DNA of 64,000 bases from Eledone cirrhosa (GCA_964016885.1 OZ024749.1:5890001-5954000); one strand, 5' to 3'; shown: positions 1 through 19,230, numbered from the stretch's first letter. Notes: a model not told the origin generated them from the sequence alone. Numbers and translations: made by a program.

Positions 1-249
1 TTGTTTAATTATAATATTCATTTGCCCCTGCTCCTTAATATATTGCAATTAACAATTATAATTAGTCTTCTGACATATAATGTATCCTGTTAAATGTTCT
101 AATCATTAGGAATTTATTTGTTTTAACATTTTATATGCTCCAATGATTCCAGACCTATATCTGGATAAAACGATCGTAAGCAATTAAATGCCTTAAACAC
201 AATTTGATTGTTATTTATGTTATTAAACAGAATTTGATTGTTATTTATG

Positions 250-631
250 TCATCATCATCATTTTACATCCACTTCTCCCTGCTTGCAAGGGTGGGACGG
301 GAACTGATTCTGGCTTGATTTCTACAGCTGAATGCCCTTCCTAACACCAACCTCGTTTACAGTGCGTGCTGGGTGCTTTTTTTCGTGGTACCTACACGTC
401 CACTTTACAGTGTGGGCTGGGTGCTTTTTTGCCGTAGCACCTCCACGACCACTTTCCAGTGGAATGATAGGGACCCCAGTCTCTATCATCTCATTTCTAC
501 AGCTGAGTAAATTGGAGCAATGTGAAATAAAGTGTCTTGCTCAAGGAAACAACACATCTCCCGGTCTGAGAATTGAACTCACAACCTTTCGATTGCAAGG
601 CCAAAGCTCTAACCACTAAGCCATGTGCCTC

Positions 632-632
<1 letters not shown>
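250..632 (-). mobile_element. tRNA-derived SINE (family 1) with RTE-derived 3' tail
   Basis: Minus strand: A box TGGCTTAGTGG and B box GAGTTCAATTC, then a body shared with 41271-41704 and 53945-54215, an RTE-like 3' end (ggtgttaggaagggcat) and a (GAT)n tail. Confidence 0.8.
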
Positions 633-703
<71 letters not shown>

Positions 704-884
704 AAGCTGTTCATGTCACATGGTAGCTGAGAGCTGAAACAAAATGTTAAGAGAAGGTGAAGATGCAATAATCCTCAATTCATGGATGAAAAGAAAGAAA
801 GGCAAATATAGACTTTTACATGAATATTGAATATTTGAGGAAAATTAGGAAAAATATGAAGAACTGCCACACAATAGAAACACA

Positions 885-1590
885 CTCACATGAGAAACAC
901 ACTCACCCTTCTACACACACTCACAAACACACACACATACACACAATATCATGAGAAACACACTCACCCTTCTACACACACTCACATACACAGACACAGA
1001 CACACACATACACACAATATCATGAGAAACACACTCACCCTTCTACACACACTCACATACACAGACACACACATACACACACAATATCATGAGAAACACA
1101 CTCACCCTTCTACACACATTCACATACACAGACACACACATACACACACAATATCATGAGAAACACACTCACCCTTCTACACACGCTCACATACACAGAC
1201 ACATACACACACATACACACAATATCATGAGAAACACACTCACCCTTCTACACACACCCACATACATAGACACACACAGACAGACACAATATCATGAGAA
1301 ACACACTCACCCTTCTACACACACCCACATACATAGACACATACAGACAGACACAATATCATGAGAAACACACTCACCCTTCTACACACACCCACATACA
1401 CAGACAGACACAATATCATGAGAAACACACTCACCCTTCTACACACACTCACATACACAGACACACACATACACACACAATATCACGAGAAACACACTCA
1501 CCCTTCTACACGCACCCACATACATAGACACACACAGACAGACACAATATCGTTAAAAACACACTAACTCTTCTACACACACCCACACAC
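885..1590. repeat. ~66-bp CA-rich minisatellite (tatcatgagaaacacactcacccttctacac...), ~10 copies
   Basis: Recurring unit read directly; ORFs repeat MRNTLTLLHT. Confidence 0.9.
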
Positions 1591-1829
1591 TCACACACAC
1601 ACATACACACATGCAGGTGAATTAGGGTGTTCAAATATACTTAATGCACTTGACAATGTTATCTCATTTCTTATCAAATACGCAAATTGGATATTGTTTC
1701 CTGCATAAATTACTATCATTAGTATGACACCCCTCCCCCATAACACCCACCTACCACCCACTTCTAGTATTCACCAGCAAGACTACTAATGTAGATTGTG
1801 TTAGAATTTTCAACAAAAAGCTATACATG

Positions 1830-7295
<5,466 letters not shown>

Positions 7296-7299
<4 letters not shown>

Positions 7300-7752
7300 A
7301 AATAAATGGAAACTATATTTATAAAACCAATATTTATTTTCGTTATATATATTTCAGGGATATCATATTAACAATATGTTATGCCATCTTCAGACAACAA
7401 ATACACTATAAAACAGTCTTATAAATAAAATAAATAATACGACATACCCTTTCAATCACCTTGCATTTGGGAGGTTGATTTGGTTGATTTCCCAAATGCA
7501 AGGTGATTGAAAGGTATGTCGTATCTATTTATTTATTATAAGAATGTTTATATATTGTATTTTGTCTGAAGATGGCATAACATATTGTTAATATGATATC
7601 CCTGAAATATATATAACGAAATAAATATGGTTTTATAAATATAGTTTCCATTTATTTAATATCATAAATATACTCCAAATACTTGTTGAGTGCTTTTATA
7701 TCAGTTATAAATATTTACTCGTTGTTAACCCAACAATTTAAATATAACTTTC
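7296..7752 (+). mobile_element. Short fold-back Penelope-derived element (inverted arms ~7296-7472 / 7490-7661 plus tail) with HHR
   Basis: Arms are reverse complements; sequence and tail closely match the end of the element at 59430-59675; flanked by (TA)n. Confidence 0.8.
7558..7623 (+). ncRNA. Type I hammerhead ribozyme motif
   Basis: tattttgt-CTGAAGA-stem II (catatt/aatatg)-GAAA-tatata-TA-acgaaata. Confidence 0.6.
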
Positions 7753-7799
7753 CATATATATATATATATATATATATTTCCTCAAAATGAAAGCCACAC

Positions 7800-8535
7800 C
7801 TTATAATGCGTGCATACGAACAGCAATGTTACATGGTAGTGAGACCTGGGCGCTGTCTGTAGAAGACTTGCATAGATTAGAAAGAAACAAAGTAATATAC
7901 GCGAACGGCAAAGCATAAACAAATTGAGAGAGAGACTGAGCATAAGAGGAATCAAATGTTGTGTTCAGGAGAGGAGGTTGCGTTGGTATGGACATGTGAT
8001 GCGTATGAAGGATGACAGCTGCATAAAAAGGTGCAGAGCACTAGAAGTCGATGTAAGCCGCGGAGTGGGGAGAGCCAAGAAGATCTGGGATGAGGTGATA
8101 AAAGCTGACCTTGCCCAATTGCACCTCTCAAAGGTGATGACGCAGGACTGTGACCTCTGGTGTCACACAGTAATACAGAAGACCCGGTTTCCCATGGGTA
8201 CAAGCTGAAGCATATGGAGAATAAGCCCTCACCCCTTCCCACTGCAAAGTGGCCGTTGTGGTGTCACAACAAAAAAAAGCACCCATCCCACACTGTAAAG
8301 TGGTCGTGTAGGCACCACTGTAAAAAAGCACCCAAGCCCACACTGTAAAGTAGGCGCCATGGCGAAAAAGCACCCAGCACTCACTGCAAATGAGGTTGGT
8401 GTTTGGAAGGGCATCCAGCTGTAGAAATCAAGACAAAACCAGTTCCCGTATGAGCAAGACAAGGTCACTCCACCTGGCATTGCCTACAACAGGAGAACCC
8501 GTTTAACCCATGCTAGCATGGAAGAATGGACGTAG
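7800..8535 (+). mobile_element. RTE-clade LINE 3' fragment
   Basis: MLHGSETW...RRLRWYGHVMRM...GRAKKIWDE motifs; 3' UTR shared with other copies. Confidence 0.85.
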
Positions 8536-8975
8536 GATCTGATTTTCTTTTTTCTTCTTTGATTCGTCAAAGAGATATTATTGAAAAAATGAGAGGAATA
8601 ATTCTTTTTAAAAAGGAGTTTTATAATGTATATAAAATATATAAAATATAACTCGTTTCAATGTATCAGTGTGAACTATCTAATCAAATGTTGAATATTA
8701 CAAGTACAAAGAATTAAAAAGAATTAAAAAAATAATTTTTTAAATTTTTTATTTAAAATTAAGTGTTGAAAAAGTCTGTTCTTCTTTCTTGTGAGGACTG
8801 AGTCTAAAATAGAGCCTTATATAGAGAGAGAGGTAGTCATAGTAGTAGTAGAAGTAGTGTTGGTAGTTATGTTTTTTCACAGAACAAAATTATTTTTAGG
8901 AGTAGTCTCAATTGTGTTAAAGGATTGGTCAAAAGTTCAGGGGGTGGCATGATGAGTAGCATCTCCAACAGCAGC

Positions 8976-10035
8976 CTAGTAGTCAACCACTGTTCTTACT
9001 TTATGACTGCGAAGATGACTTTCGAGCCCAGCTTTACTTAGACAGAGTCTCGCACAGACGCTGCATGTCATTACCATAGGAGGACCGTCGCCGTCTGGAA
9101 GTGCAACAGCAATGCCCTTCCTCACATCCCGCTTTACTTTCTCGTATGCGATTCGAGATGCCTCAAAGGCAACTTTTCCCTCATATACAGTCTTTCTCCA
9201 TTTATTACGATCAGCAGCAGTATTTTCCCATGTATCAGCAGAGATGTTAGCGTCTTTCAAAGAATCCTTATACCTCTTTTTTGGTTTATGTGGCGGTCGT
9301 TTTCATTTAACTAACTCTCCATAAAAGAGTTGTTTTGGTATTCTAGAATCCTTCATCCTGGCAAGGTGACCACTCCAATGGAGTCGTTGCTTAAGCACAA
9401 GAGCTTCTATACTGTCACACATAGAGCTTTCCAAAATCTCTATATCACTGATGTGGTCCCTCCAGTGAACGCCATTCGTCCGTCTGAGACACATCTGAAG
9501 GAACGCTCCATTTGCTTAAGGTGGTGTTGATATGTGACCCAGGTCTTGCAGGCATAAAGAAGAGAAGAGAGCACACAAGCCTTGTACACCTTTACCTTTG
9601 TCTTCTTGTATATGTCTCGCCGACCCCAGAGTCGCCTTTCTAGCTTTCCGAAAGCATCACTTGCTTTCCTAATCCTAAGTGAGATTTCACTATCAAGGTT
9701 GCCGTATCGATCGACAGTGCTTCCCAGGTAGACAAACTGATCAACCACTCCAAGTCGTTTACCATACACATAGATAGTTGGTTCACTGTACTGCTTACAA
9801 GGGGCAGGTTGGTACATGACGACGGTTTTCTTGAGACTGATAGTCAAACCCAGGGCAGTGCAAGCGTCAGAAAATGCATTCAAAATGTGCTGCATATCAC
9901 TCTCTGTGAGCGCTACAAGATCGCAATCATCTGCATACAAGAGGTCTCTTATGATTAATGTAAATACTTTTGTCTTCGCAGCAAAGCGCCTGATGTTAAA
10001 TATGCTGCCTGAGGTTCGATATCGGATGTAAACAA
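8976..10035 (-). pseudogene. RTE/BovB-like LINE RT C-terminal fragment, frameshifted
   Basis: LLYADDC, LGLTISLKKT, FVYLGS, RLHWSGHLARM, C-terminal CxxC...HxxxH zinc finger. Confidence 0.9.
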
Positions 10036-10069
<34 letters not shown>

Positions 10070-10089
10070 TCTCTATATTTTATTACATA

Positions 10090-10565
10090 TATTTACCACT
10101 GCGATTCTGTGTTTTTTCTCTCTCTCTCTTACTGTTTCCCCATTCTCTCTGTTTCTCCCCCTCTGTCATGTCAGTTAACTCTTCCTCACACTTTCACTCA
10201 CTCACTGTTTCTCTTCTCTTCATTTCACCCTGTACACCACGAAGGCTATTTTTCTCTCTCCTCACATAGCCATCGCTCGTGTCGGGTCTGTTCTAAAAGC
10301 GCTCATATATTCACCTAGCTTATGCTAAACAGAATAATTTTTGAAGCTTGTTTCTTTCCCCTACGGTTAGCTATACTCTTTGTTGTTCTCCTGTCTCACT
10401 CGCTTTACGCGTTTCAATTGTCCTAATAACTTATTTTGATTATTATTGTACCGACGTGAGGTATATGATTTTTAATGCAATGAAATATCTATGATCGTCG
10501 GCAAATCACTGATGAGGGACTCATTTTATTACATGTTATCCATGTGCTACCTGCAGTATTTTTCT
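10090..10565. repeat. Dispersed repeat, homologous to 26310-26680
   Basis: Shared ctcgctttacgcgttt...aaatcactgatgagggactcatttt block; both copies flanked by (TA)n. Confidence 0.7.
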
Positions 10566-10573
10566 CTATATTT

Positions 10574-10682
<109 letters not shown>

Positions 10683-10695
10683 TTTATATATATGC

Positions 10696-10733
<38 letters not shown>

Positions 10734-10745
10734 GCATATATATAC

Positions 10746-10809
<64 letters not shown>

Positions 10810-10837
10810 ACACATATATATATATATATATATATAC

Positions 10838-10901
<64 letters not shown>

Positions 10902-10976
10902 TTATATATATATATATATATACTTATATATATATATACTTATATATATATATATATATACATACACATACATACA

Positions 10977-11085
<109 letters not shown>

Positions 11086-11160
11086 TGTTATACTTTGAGA
11101 GAGTCATGTTGCCAATAAGAAACACACGCACCAGTCGCTTTGACTCCAATTTATGATAAA

Positions 11161-12062
11161 CTAGCAGTGGTACCTGGCGTTGCACAGGATAAGGTATTTT
11201 GGAACGCAGGCTGGCTACAGACCTAATCGTGGATAAACTGCATGCCTGGACAATATGTAAAGAAAATAACCCGAATACTCTGGTGGCTGGATAATCTTTA
11301 AGATTTTCCTCGAAGAAGCAGGAAAAATGCAGGTTTTAACCTAATGCGGGCCCTAGGGGATGAAGAAAATTAATTTTTTTTATGTGCATAATATGCCTTG
11401 AAATTTCGGGAAAATCGGCTAGGTGTAACGCCTCAAAAATGCCCTAAGAAGTTTTTCACCTAATGCGGGCTCTAGACCATAAAAAAGTTTTGATTTTCTT
11501 TTGCTCACGGTATGAAGAAGAGACTGACTAATACATAGTTACAATTTCAAGGAAATCAGTCTGATGTAACGACTCAAAACACCCCTAAAAACCTGAAAAA
11601 ACGCATTTTTTCAACTAATGCGGTTCCCAGAGGATCAAAATCTTGAATTTATGTGCGTAACACTCCTTGAAACATAAGTAATACACATGTAAACTTTGGA
11701 AAAAGTTGGTTGGGTACTTCTCGAATTTTAGGGATTCAAACTCACACACACACACATACATACAGACATCCTCAGGGAAGTGACGTAATGCAGACAGACA
11801 GACAGACATTATAAGGCCGTTACGTTATATGTATGTATCTATCTAAAAAGAGAAAGGCTAAAAATTATAGAGAGATATCGCTAAATCGCCTAATGCGGTC
11901 CCTAGGGCATGGACAATTTTAAATTGTTTTGCTCAGAAAACTCCCTGAAACATAAGTATTACATGTGTAAAGTTTGAAAAGAATCGGTTGGGTGGTTCTC
12001 GAGTTTTAGGGATTCAAACTCACACACACACAGACAAACATCCTCAGTTTTATATATATAGA
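11161..12062 (-). mobile_element. Non-autonomous Helitron-like element
   Basis: Minus strand 5' TC, subterminal hairpin cctgtgcaacgccagg, 3' CTAG, inserted between A and T; internal subrepeats (ctaatgcgg). Confidence 0.65.
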
Positions 12063-12063
12063 T

Positions 12064-12430
12064 TAAATTATAAATTAAAAAATTTATAAATTTCCGGTTG
12101 GTTGGTTGGTTCCACAACCGGACGGTTGTTCATATATTGTCAAAGTTCTTTCGTCACACATTCTGTGACATCTTCAGTGACTGGGGATTATTTTCTTTGT
12201 ATTGTGCCTCTCCTTTGTTCTTATATGAACAAACGTCCGGTTGTGGAACCAACCAACCAACCGGAAATTTATAAATTTATATATTTATAATTTAATTTAT
12301 AATAAATTGGAGTGAAAGCAACTGGTGCATGTGTTTCTTATTAGCAACATGACCCTCCCAAAGTATAACAATATCGCGTTCAACACACGTTTTCAGATAA
12401 AGAATCCTGCTAACCAAATTCAGAAACGAA
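12064..12430 (+). mobile_element. Fold-back element (arms ~12064-12136 / 12223-12294) plus tail
   Basis: aaatttccggttggttggttggttccacaaccggac inverted; tail catgaccctcccaaagtataac is shared with 60515-60555. Confidence 0.6.
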
Positions 12431-12440
12431 ATATATATAT

Positions 12441-12498
<58 letters not shown>

Positions 12499-12602
12499 TA
12501 ATAAAAACAAAGATCAAGTTCCTTATATTAAAAAAATAATCATTTTACGATCGTTTCTGGGATGTATATGTGTGTTGGCATGTCTTTTATTAGAAATATG
12601 GT

Positions 12603-12945
12603 AATGAAGGTATGTGGTTTAGTGGTTGGAACATCCGGCTTACACAATCGTGAGTTCAATTCTCGACCGAGACTTTGCGTTGTGTTCTTGAGCAAGACAC
12701 TTTATTTCTTGTTGCTCCAGACCACTCAGCTGTAGAAATGAGTTACGACATCACTGGTGCCAAGTTGTACTGGCAATTTCCTTTCCCTTGGACAACATCG
12801 GTGGCATGGAGAGGGGATACTGGTATGCATGGGTGACTGATCGTCTTCCACAAACAGCCTTGATTGAACCTGTGACATGGAGGGGAACTTTCTAGTTGCA
12901 AATCCTATGACCATTCATGACCAAAGAAGGTTTTTACATTTTACC
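12603..12945 (+). mobile_element. tRNA-derived SINE (family 1 head)
   Basis: tggtttagtggtt A box, gagttcaattc B box, ttgagcaagacacttta body. Confidence 0.75.
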
Positions 12946-13316
12946 CATGGTAACAAACATGTTAAGAGTGTTAAGGTGTAACTGAATTAAATTATTATTT
13001 TGTTTTTAAATATATTCGGATTTCCTTGTAGTTGCTTAAATGGTATACACTCCTTCTGATGTAACCCCAAATAGGGTAGAAAATTGCTTAAAGTTATTTA
13101 TAATTCCTTTCAATTTACAGGCAATATAATCTTGATATATTTAAATGTCTATATACTAAAAATGTGTAGATCTATATACATATTTATGAAGTTAGAGTTA
13201 GTATTCTTATTCATATCTATAAATATGATTTTATCAAATACTTCGGATGCTTAGCTCAAATTAATCTATATCTATCTATATATCTGTATATGCGTGTGTG
13301 TGTCTGTGGCGTATAC

Positions 13317-13401
<85 letters not shown>

Positions 13402-13562
13402 GAGAGAGAGAAATGGCTAGATAGATAGACATACATTCATACACATATCTATATTAGTATATATATATATATATATATTTGTGTGCGACTGCGTGTGTAA
13501 ATAACTGAAAACTTCTAGACAGAATGACAACAAAACAAATCATTCATGTTTGTTATATATAA

Positions 13563-13647
<85 letters not shown>

Positions 13648-13818
13648 CATACACACACACAAACACATACACTCACTCACACACACACACATATACATAG
13701 GTTAAACTTATGTATTTTTTACTGGTGTTGGCTCTGAACACCATTATGAAGAAAAGCGAGTTGACAGTTGTAAGTCAAATGTGAGATAAGAAAAGTTGTG
13801 TACATATATGTCTGCGTG

Positions 13819-13878
<60 letters not shown>

Positions 13879-13930
13879 TATGTATGTATGAGTGTGTCTG
13901 TATGTATATGTATATATGTGCCTATATATA

Positions 13931-13979
<49 letters not shown>

Positions 13980-14044
13980 TTATATATATATGTATATGTC
14001 TATATATGTATACATGTATGTATATATGTATGTATGCATATGTA

Positions 14045-14085
<41 letters not shown>

Positions 14086-14194
14086 AAAGAGTAAGAGAGA
14101 TGCCTAGACGAGAAAATAAAATTGCAATTATTCAAAACAATTTATCATTATCTAATATATCTAATGGGCAATACAACATGATAAAGCATCACAC

Positions 14195-14660
14195 GGACAC
14201 ACACACACCTGTATACACACATACCTGTACACACACACACACACTTGTATAAACGCACATATAAATAGATGTAGACACACACACACACACCTGTATACAC
14301 GCACACACCTGTATACACGCACACACCTGTATACACGCACACACTTCTATAAACACACACACACACACACCTGTACACACGCACACACCTGTATACGTAC
14401 ACACTTCTATAACACACACACACCTGTACACACGCACACACCTGTACACACGCACACACCTGTACACACGCACACACTTCTATAAACACACACACACACA
14501 CCTGTTCACACGCACACACCTGTATACGTGCACACTTCTATAAACACACACACACACACATACACCTGTTCACACGCACACACCTGTATACAAGCACACA
14601 CCTGTATACGTACATACTTCTATAAACACACACACACACACACGTGTATAAACACACACA
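14195..14660. repeat. CA-rich minisatellite (cacacctgtatacacg)
   Basis: Direct. Confidence 0.85.
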
Positions 14661-15640
14661 CATATAAATAGATACAGACACACACCAAAATAAGAGCACT
14701 ACAGTAATTACCTTTCTATTTTAGAAGGTCCCTGCCCACCTGAATTGCTACACACCCCCTCCATGTGTTTACACAAATCAAACTGATAATATCTAATAAA
14801 ATTTTGAAATTGCCAAATAACTATATAAATGAGAGGTCCTGACATTTCCCAAAAATTATTGTAGAAAACACAACAACAACAACAACAACAGCAGCAGCAA
14901 CAACAAACACACACATACATATGTTTATACATTTCGTAGAAACACAACAACAACAACAGCAAACACACACATACACATTTATACATTTCTATAGTAACAA
15001 CTGAAAGAGCAAAGTTATTTCAGATTTATCAGAGTAAGGTGTAAAGGAAAATAAAAATAAAAAATAAAAAACACACACAAAAAAACAAGAGAAAATTGTA
15101 AAATTCAGCTGATTGTCAGGTGAAACAGAGGAAAGCATGTTTCTATTGGTCTTTCCATTGCTGATAGTTCACCTGTCTCATCAACTGTTTCTACTTTTGT
15201 GCACAAGGACAGTAATTACCCCAGTGCAGTCCTGGTACTTTATTTTATCAACTCCTGTAAGGATGAATGGCAAAGTTAACCTCGGCGGGATTTGAACTCA
15301 GAACATAAAGGACCGTTCTGAGTTCAAATTAATTCACCTGTCTCATTAAATACCTGGCAGACGGATGTAAGATTTAAACTTAGAATAGACAAGACCAAAA
15401 CAGGTACCACAAGGCACCCTGTCTTACCTTTCAGTAACATCATCGATACACTATTCCTAGAACCTGACCTGGTATTTTATTCATCAACCACAAAAAGATG
15501 AAAAGCAAAGTTGACCTCAGCAAAAAAGTCAAAACAAATACTGCAAGGCACCTTATCTAACTCTTTAGTAACATCCCCAATCAAGTAGGCCTAGACCCTG
15601 CACTGGTACTTTATTGATAGACCCTGAACGGATGAATAGC

Positions 15641-16685
15641 GTACCCCTGCATTAGTACTTGGCCTGCCTGAGAGGTTAGTAGCCCTGCATTAGTACTTGG
15701 CCTGCCTGAGAGGTTAGTACCCCTGCATTAGTACTTGGCCTGCCTGGGAGGTTAGTACCCCTGCATTAGTACTTGGCCTGCCTGGGAGGTTAGTACCCCT
15801 GCATTAGTACTTGGCCTGCCTGGGAGGTTAGTAGCCCTGCATTAGTACTTGGCCTGCCTGGGAGGTTAGTAGCCCTGCATTAGTACTTGGCCTGCCTGGG
15901 AGGTTAGTACCCCTGCATTAGTACTTGGCCTGCCTGGGAGGTTAGTACCCCTGCATTAGTACTTGGCCTGCCTGGGAGGTTAGTACCCCTGCATTAGTAC
16001 TTGGCCTGCCTGAGAGGTTAGTACCCCTGCATTAGTACTTGGCCTGCCTGGGAGGTTAGTACCCCTGCATTAGTACTTGGCCTGCCTGGGAGGTTAGTAC
16101 CCCTGCATTAGTACTAGGCCTGCCTGAGAGGTTAGTAGCCCTGCATTAGTACTTGGCCTGCCTGGGAGGTTAGTACCCCTGCATTAGTACTTGGCCTGCC
16201 TGGGAGGTTAGTACCCCTGCATTAGTACTTGGCCTGCCTGGGAGGTTAGTACCCCTGCATTAGTACTTGGCCTGCCTGGGAGGTTAGTACCCCTGCATTA
16301 GTACTTGGCCTGCCTGGGAGGTTAGTACCCCTGCATTAGTACTTGGCCTGCCTGGGAGGTTAGTACCCCTGCATTAGTACTTGGCCTGCCTGGGAGGTTA
16401 GTACCCCTGCACTAGTACTTGGCCTGCCTGAGAGGTTAGTACCCCTGCATTAGTACTTGGCCTGCCTGAGAGGTTAGTACCCCTGCATTAGTACTAGGCC
16501 TGCCTGAGAGGTTAGTAGCCCTGCATTAGTACTTGGCCTGCCTGGGAGGTTAGTACCCCTGCACTAGTACTTGGCCTGCCTGGGAGGTTAGTACCCCTGC
16601 ACTAGTACTTGGCCTGCCTGGGAGGTTAGTACCCCTGCATTAGTACTAGGCCTGCCTGGGAGGTTAGTACCCCTGCATTAGTACT
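15641..16685. repeat. 38-bp tandem satellite, ~27 copies (acccctgcattagtacttggcctgcctgggaggttagt)
   Basis: Period of 38 counted; near-identical units. Confidence 0.97.
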
Positions 16686-16741
16686 GACATGTTCTGTTAA
16701 GATATGTCCAAGATTATTAGCATGAAAAGTGAACGTTAAAT

Positions 16742-17041
16742 AATGATGGCGATGGTGGGGGTCGTGATGATGATGATGACAATGATGGTCATGATACTGA
16801 TGATGTTCATGATGGTGATGATGGTGGTGATGGTGATGATGATGATGGTGGTAGTGATGGTGATGATGATGTTGGTGGTGATGATGATGGTGGTGATGAT
16901 GATGATGATTGTGATGGTGGTGGTCATGATGATGGTGATGAGGATGGTGATGATGGTGGGGATTGTGATGGTGATGATGATTATGGTGGTGATGATGATG
17001 ATGATGATGATGATGATGACGGTGATGATGGTGGTGATAGC

Positions 17042-17075
<34 letters not shown>
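16742..17075. repeat. (GAT/GGT)n microsatellite
   Basis: Direct; the poly-His ORF is an artefact. Confidence 0.95.
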
Positions 17076-17575
17076 CATAAACGAATTGAGAGAGAGACTG
17101 TGCATAAGAGGAATCAAATGGTATGTGCAGGAGAGGAGGTTGTGTTGGTATGGACATGTGATGCATATGGAGGATGACAGCTGCCTAAAAAGGTGCAGAG
17201 TAGTAGAAGTCGATGGAAACCGCAGAGTGAGGAGACCAAAGAAGACCTGGGATGAGGTGACGAAAGCAAACCTTACCCAATTACACCTCTCAAAGGCGAT
17301 GACACACGACCATGACCTCTGGCGTTACGCAGTAATACAGAAGACCTGACCCCCCCCTCAGGTACAAGCCAAAGCTGAAGCATATAGACAATATGCCCCC
17401 ACACCCTCCCACTGCAAAATGGTCGTGGAGGTACCACGGCAAAAAAGCACCCAGCCCACACTGTAAATGAGGTTGGTGTTAGGAAGGGCATCCAGCTGTA
17501 GAAATCAAGCCAGAATCAGTTCCATATGAGCAAGACAAGGTCAGCCGACCAGACACTGCCCACAATAGTACAATC
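17076..17575 (+). mobile_element. RTE LINE 3' fragment
   Basis: RRLCWYGHVMHM...RPKKTWDE plus 3' UTR. Confidence 0.85.
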
Positions 17576-17579
17576 ACTC

Positions 17580-19230
17580 TAACAGTAAACTCCTCTACTT
17601 AGCTTTTGTAGACCTGGAAAAAGCCTTTGACAGAGTCCCCTGCTCCATTATCTGGTGGGCTCTTAGAAAACTAGGTGTAGATGAATGGCTTGTGAGAGCT
17701 ATACCAGCCATGTATAAAGAAACAGTCAGCAAGGTTAGAATTAACAACGAATATTGTGAAGAGTTTAGAATAAAAGTTGGTGTTCATCAGGGCTCAGTCC
17801 TTAACCCCCTCCTATTTATTATTGCCCTCCAAGATATAACGGAGGAGTTCAAGACCGGCTGTCCATGGGAACTTCTATACGAAGATGATCTAACGCTCAT
17901 AACCGAATCAATGACCGAACTAAAGAAGAAATTCCAAACATGGAAGCATGGCCAAGAATCAAAAGGCCTTAAAGTTAACTTGTCTAAGACTAAAGTCCTG
18001 ATATGTAGGAAGGAGAATAGGGCACTGGTCCCATCTGGGAAATGGCCATGCTCAGTGTGTAGGAAAGGCGTAGGCAGAAACTCCATTTTATGTCCCAAAT
18101 GCAAAGTATGGGTGTATAAAAGATGTAGTGGGATCACAGGTAAGCTAACTAAGAATATAGATTTTATATGTGGCCGGTGCTCTGGTGCAATAAGTAGCAG
18201 CAAATGCCCACAGAATACTAGCTCATTCCATTGCCCAGATGGTTCTATAGAAATAGTGGATACCTTCCTTTACCTGGTTGACAAAATCAGCAGTGGTGGA
18301 GGGTGCTCCGAAAGTACTGTAGCTAGAGTCAGAACGGGATGGAAAAAGTTCAAAGAGCTTATACCACTATTGGCCGCCAAAGGTTTCTCTCTAAAAATAA
18401 AAGGCAGGCTGTATGATGCCTGCATATGAACAGCGATGTTACATGGCAGTGAGACCTGGGCATTGTGTGTAGAGGACCTGCGCAGACTGGAGAGGAATGA
18501 AGATTGCATGCTCCATTGGATGTGTAATAGTAATATACGAGAACGGCAAAGCATAAATGAACTAAGTGAGAAATTAGATGCTGAGGGATCAGATGCTGTT
18601 TACTCGAGAGAAGACTACGTTGGAGTGGTCACGTGATGCGCATGAAAGATGACAGCTGTATAAAAAAGTGCAGGGCGATCAAAATAGACGGTAGCTACGG
18701 AGTAGGCAGACCCAGAAAAACCTGGGACGACTTGATAACATCCGACCTCACACACTTACACCTCTCCAAGACAATGTCACTGGACCGAGATCTTTGGCGC
18801 TACGTAGTAATACAGAAGACCCGCCTTGCCTAAGTACAAAGCGAAACCTACAGTCAGTAGGCACCTCTTAACCAAAATACACCCCGTCCCACTACCCCTA
18901 CCTCCACCGCCATCTACACCACCCCCTTTCGATTGTAAAGCTATGTTGGTACCATAACATCCAGTCCTAAATAAATGAGGCCATGTAGGTGTCACGACAA
19001 AAAAACACACAGTCCACGCTGTAATGTGGCTGTGTCGGTAACACGGTAAAAACCTCCCAGTCCACACTGTAAACGTGGTTGGTGTTAGGAAGGGCATCCA
19101 GCCATAGAAAACCCGCAAGACAACCAATCTTGAGCAAGACAACCAATCTTGCCTCAAGTGGGACAATTCCCATCCAGACCCATGCTAGCATGGAAGATGG
19201 ACATTAAACGATGATGATGATGATGATGAT
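17580..19230 (+). pseudogene. 5'-truncated RTE LINE (RT plus PHD-like Cys insert), disrupted
   Basis: FVDLEKAFDRVP, GVHQGSVL, LLYEDDL, GLKVNLSKTK, CSVC..CPKC..C; 3' UTR and (GAT)n tail. Confidence 0.9.

Noticed and set aside
560-632. tRNA gene
   Set aside because: A/B boxes belong to a SINE head; no full cloverleaf, and it continues into the SINE body.
15641-16685. CRISPR-like regular repeats (also 43855-44227 and 60746-62257)
   Set aside because: No unique spacers and no cas genes; these are eukaryotic tandem repeats.
16626-17177. Poly-His / poly-Met ORFs
   Set aside because: (GAT/GGT)n microsatellite.
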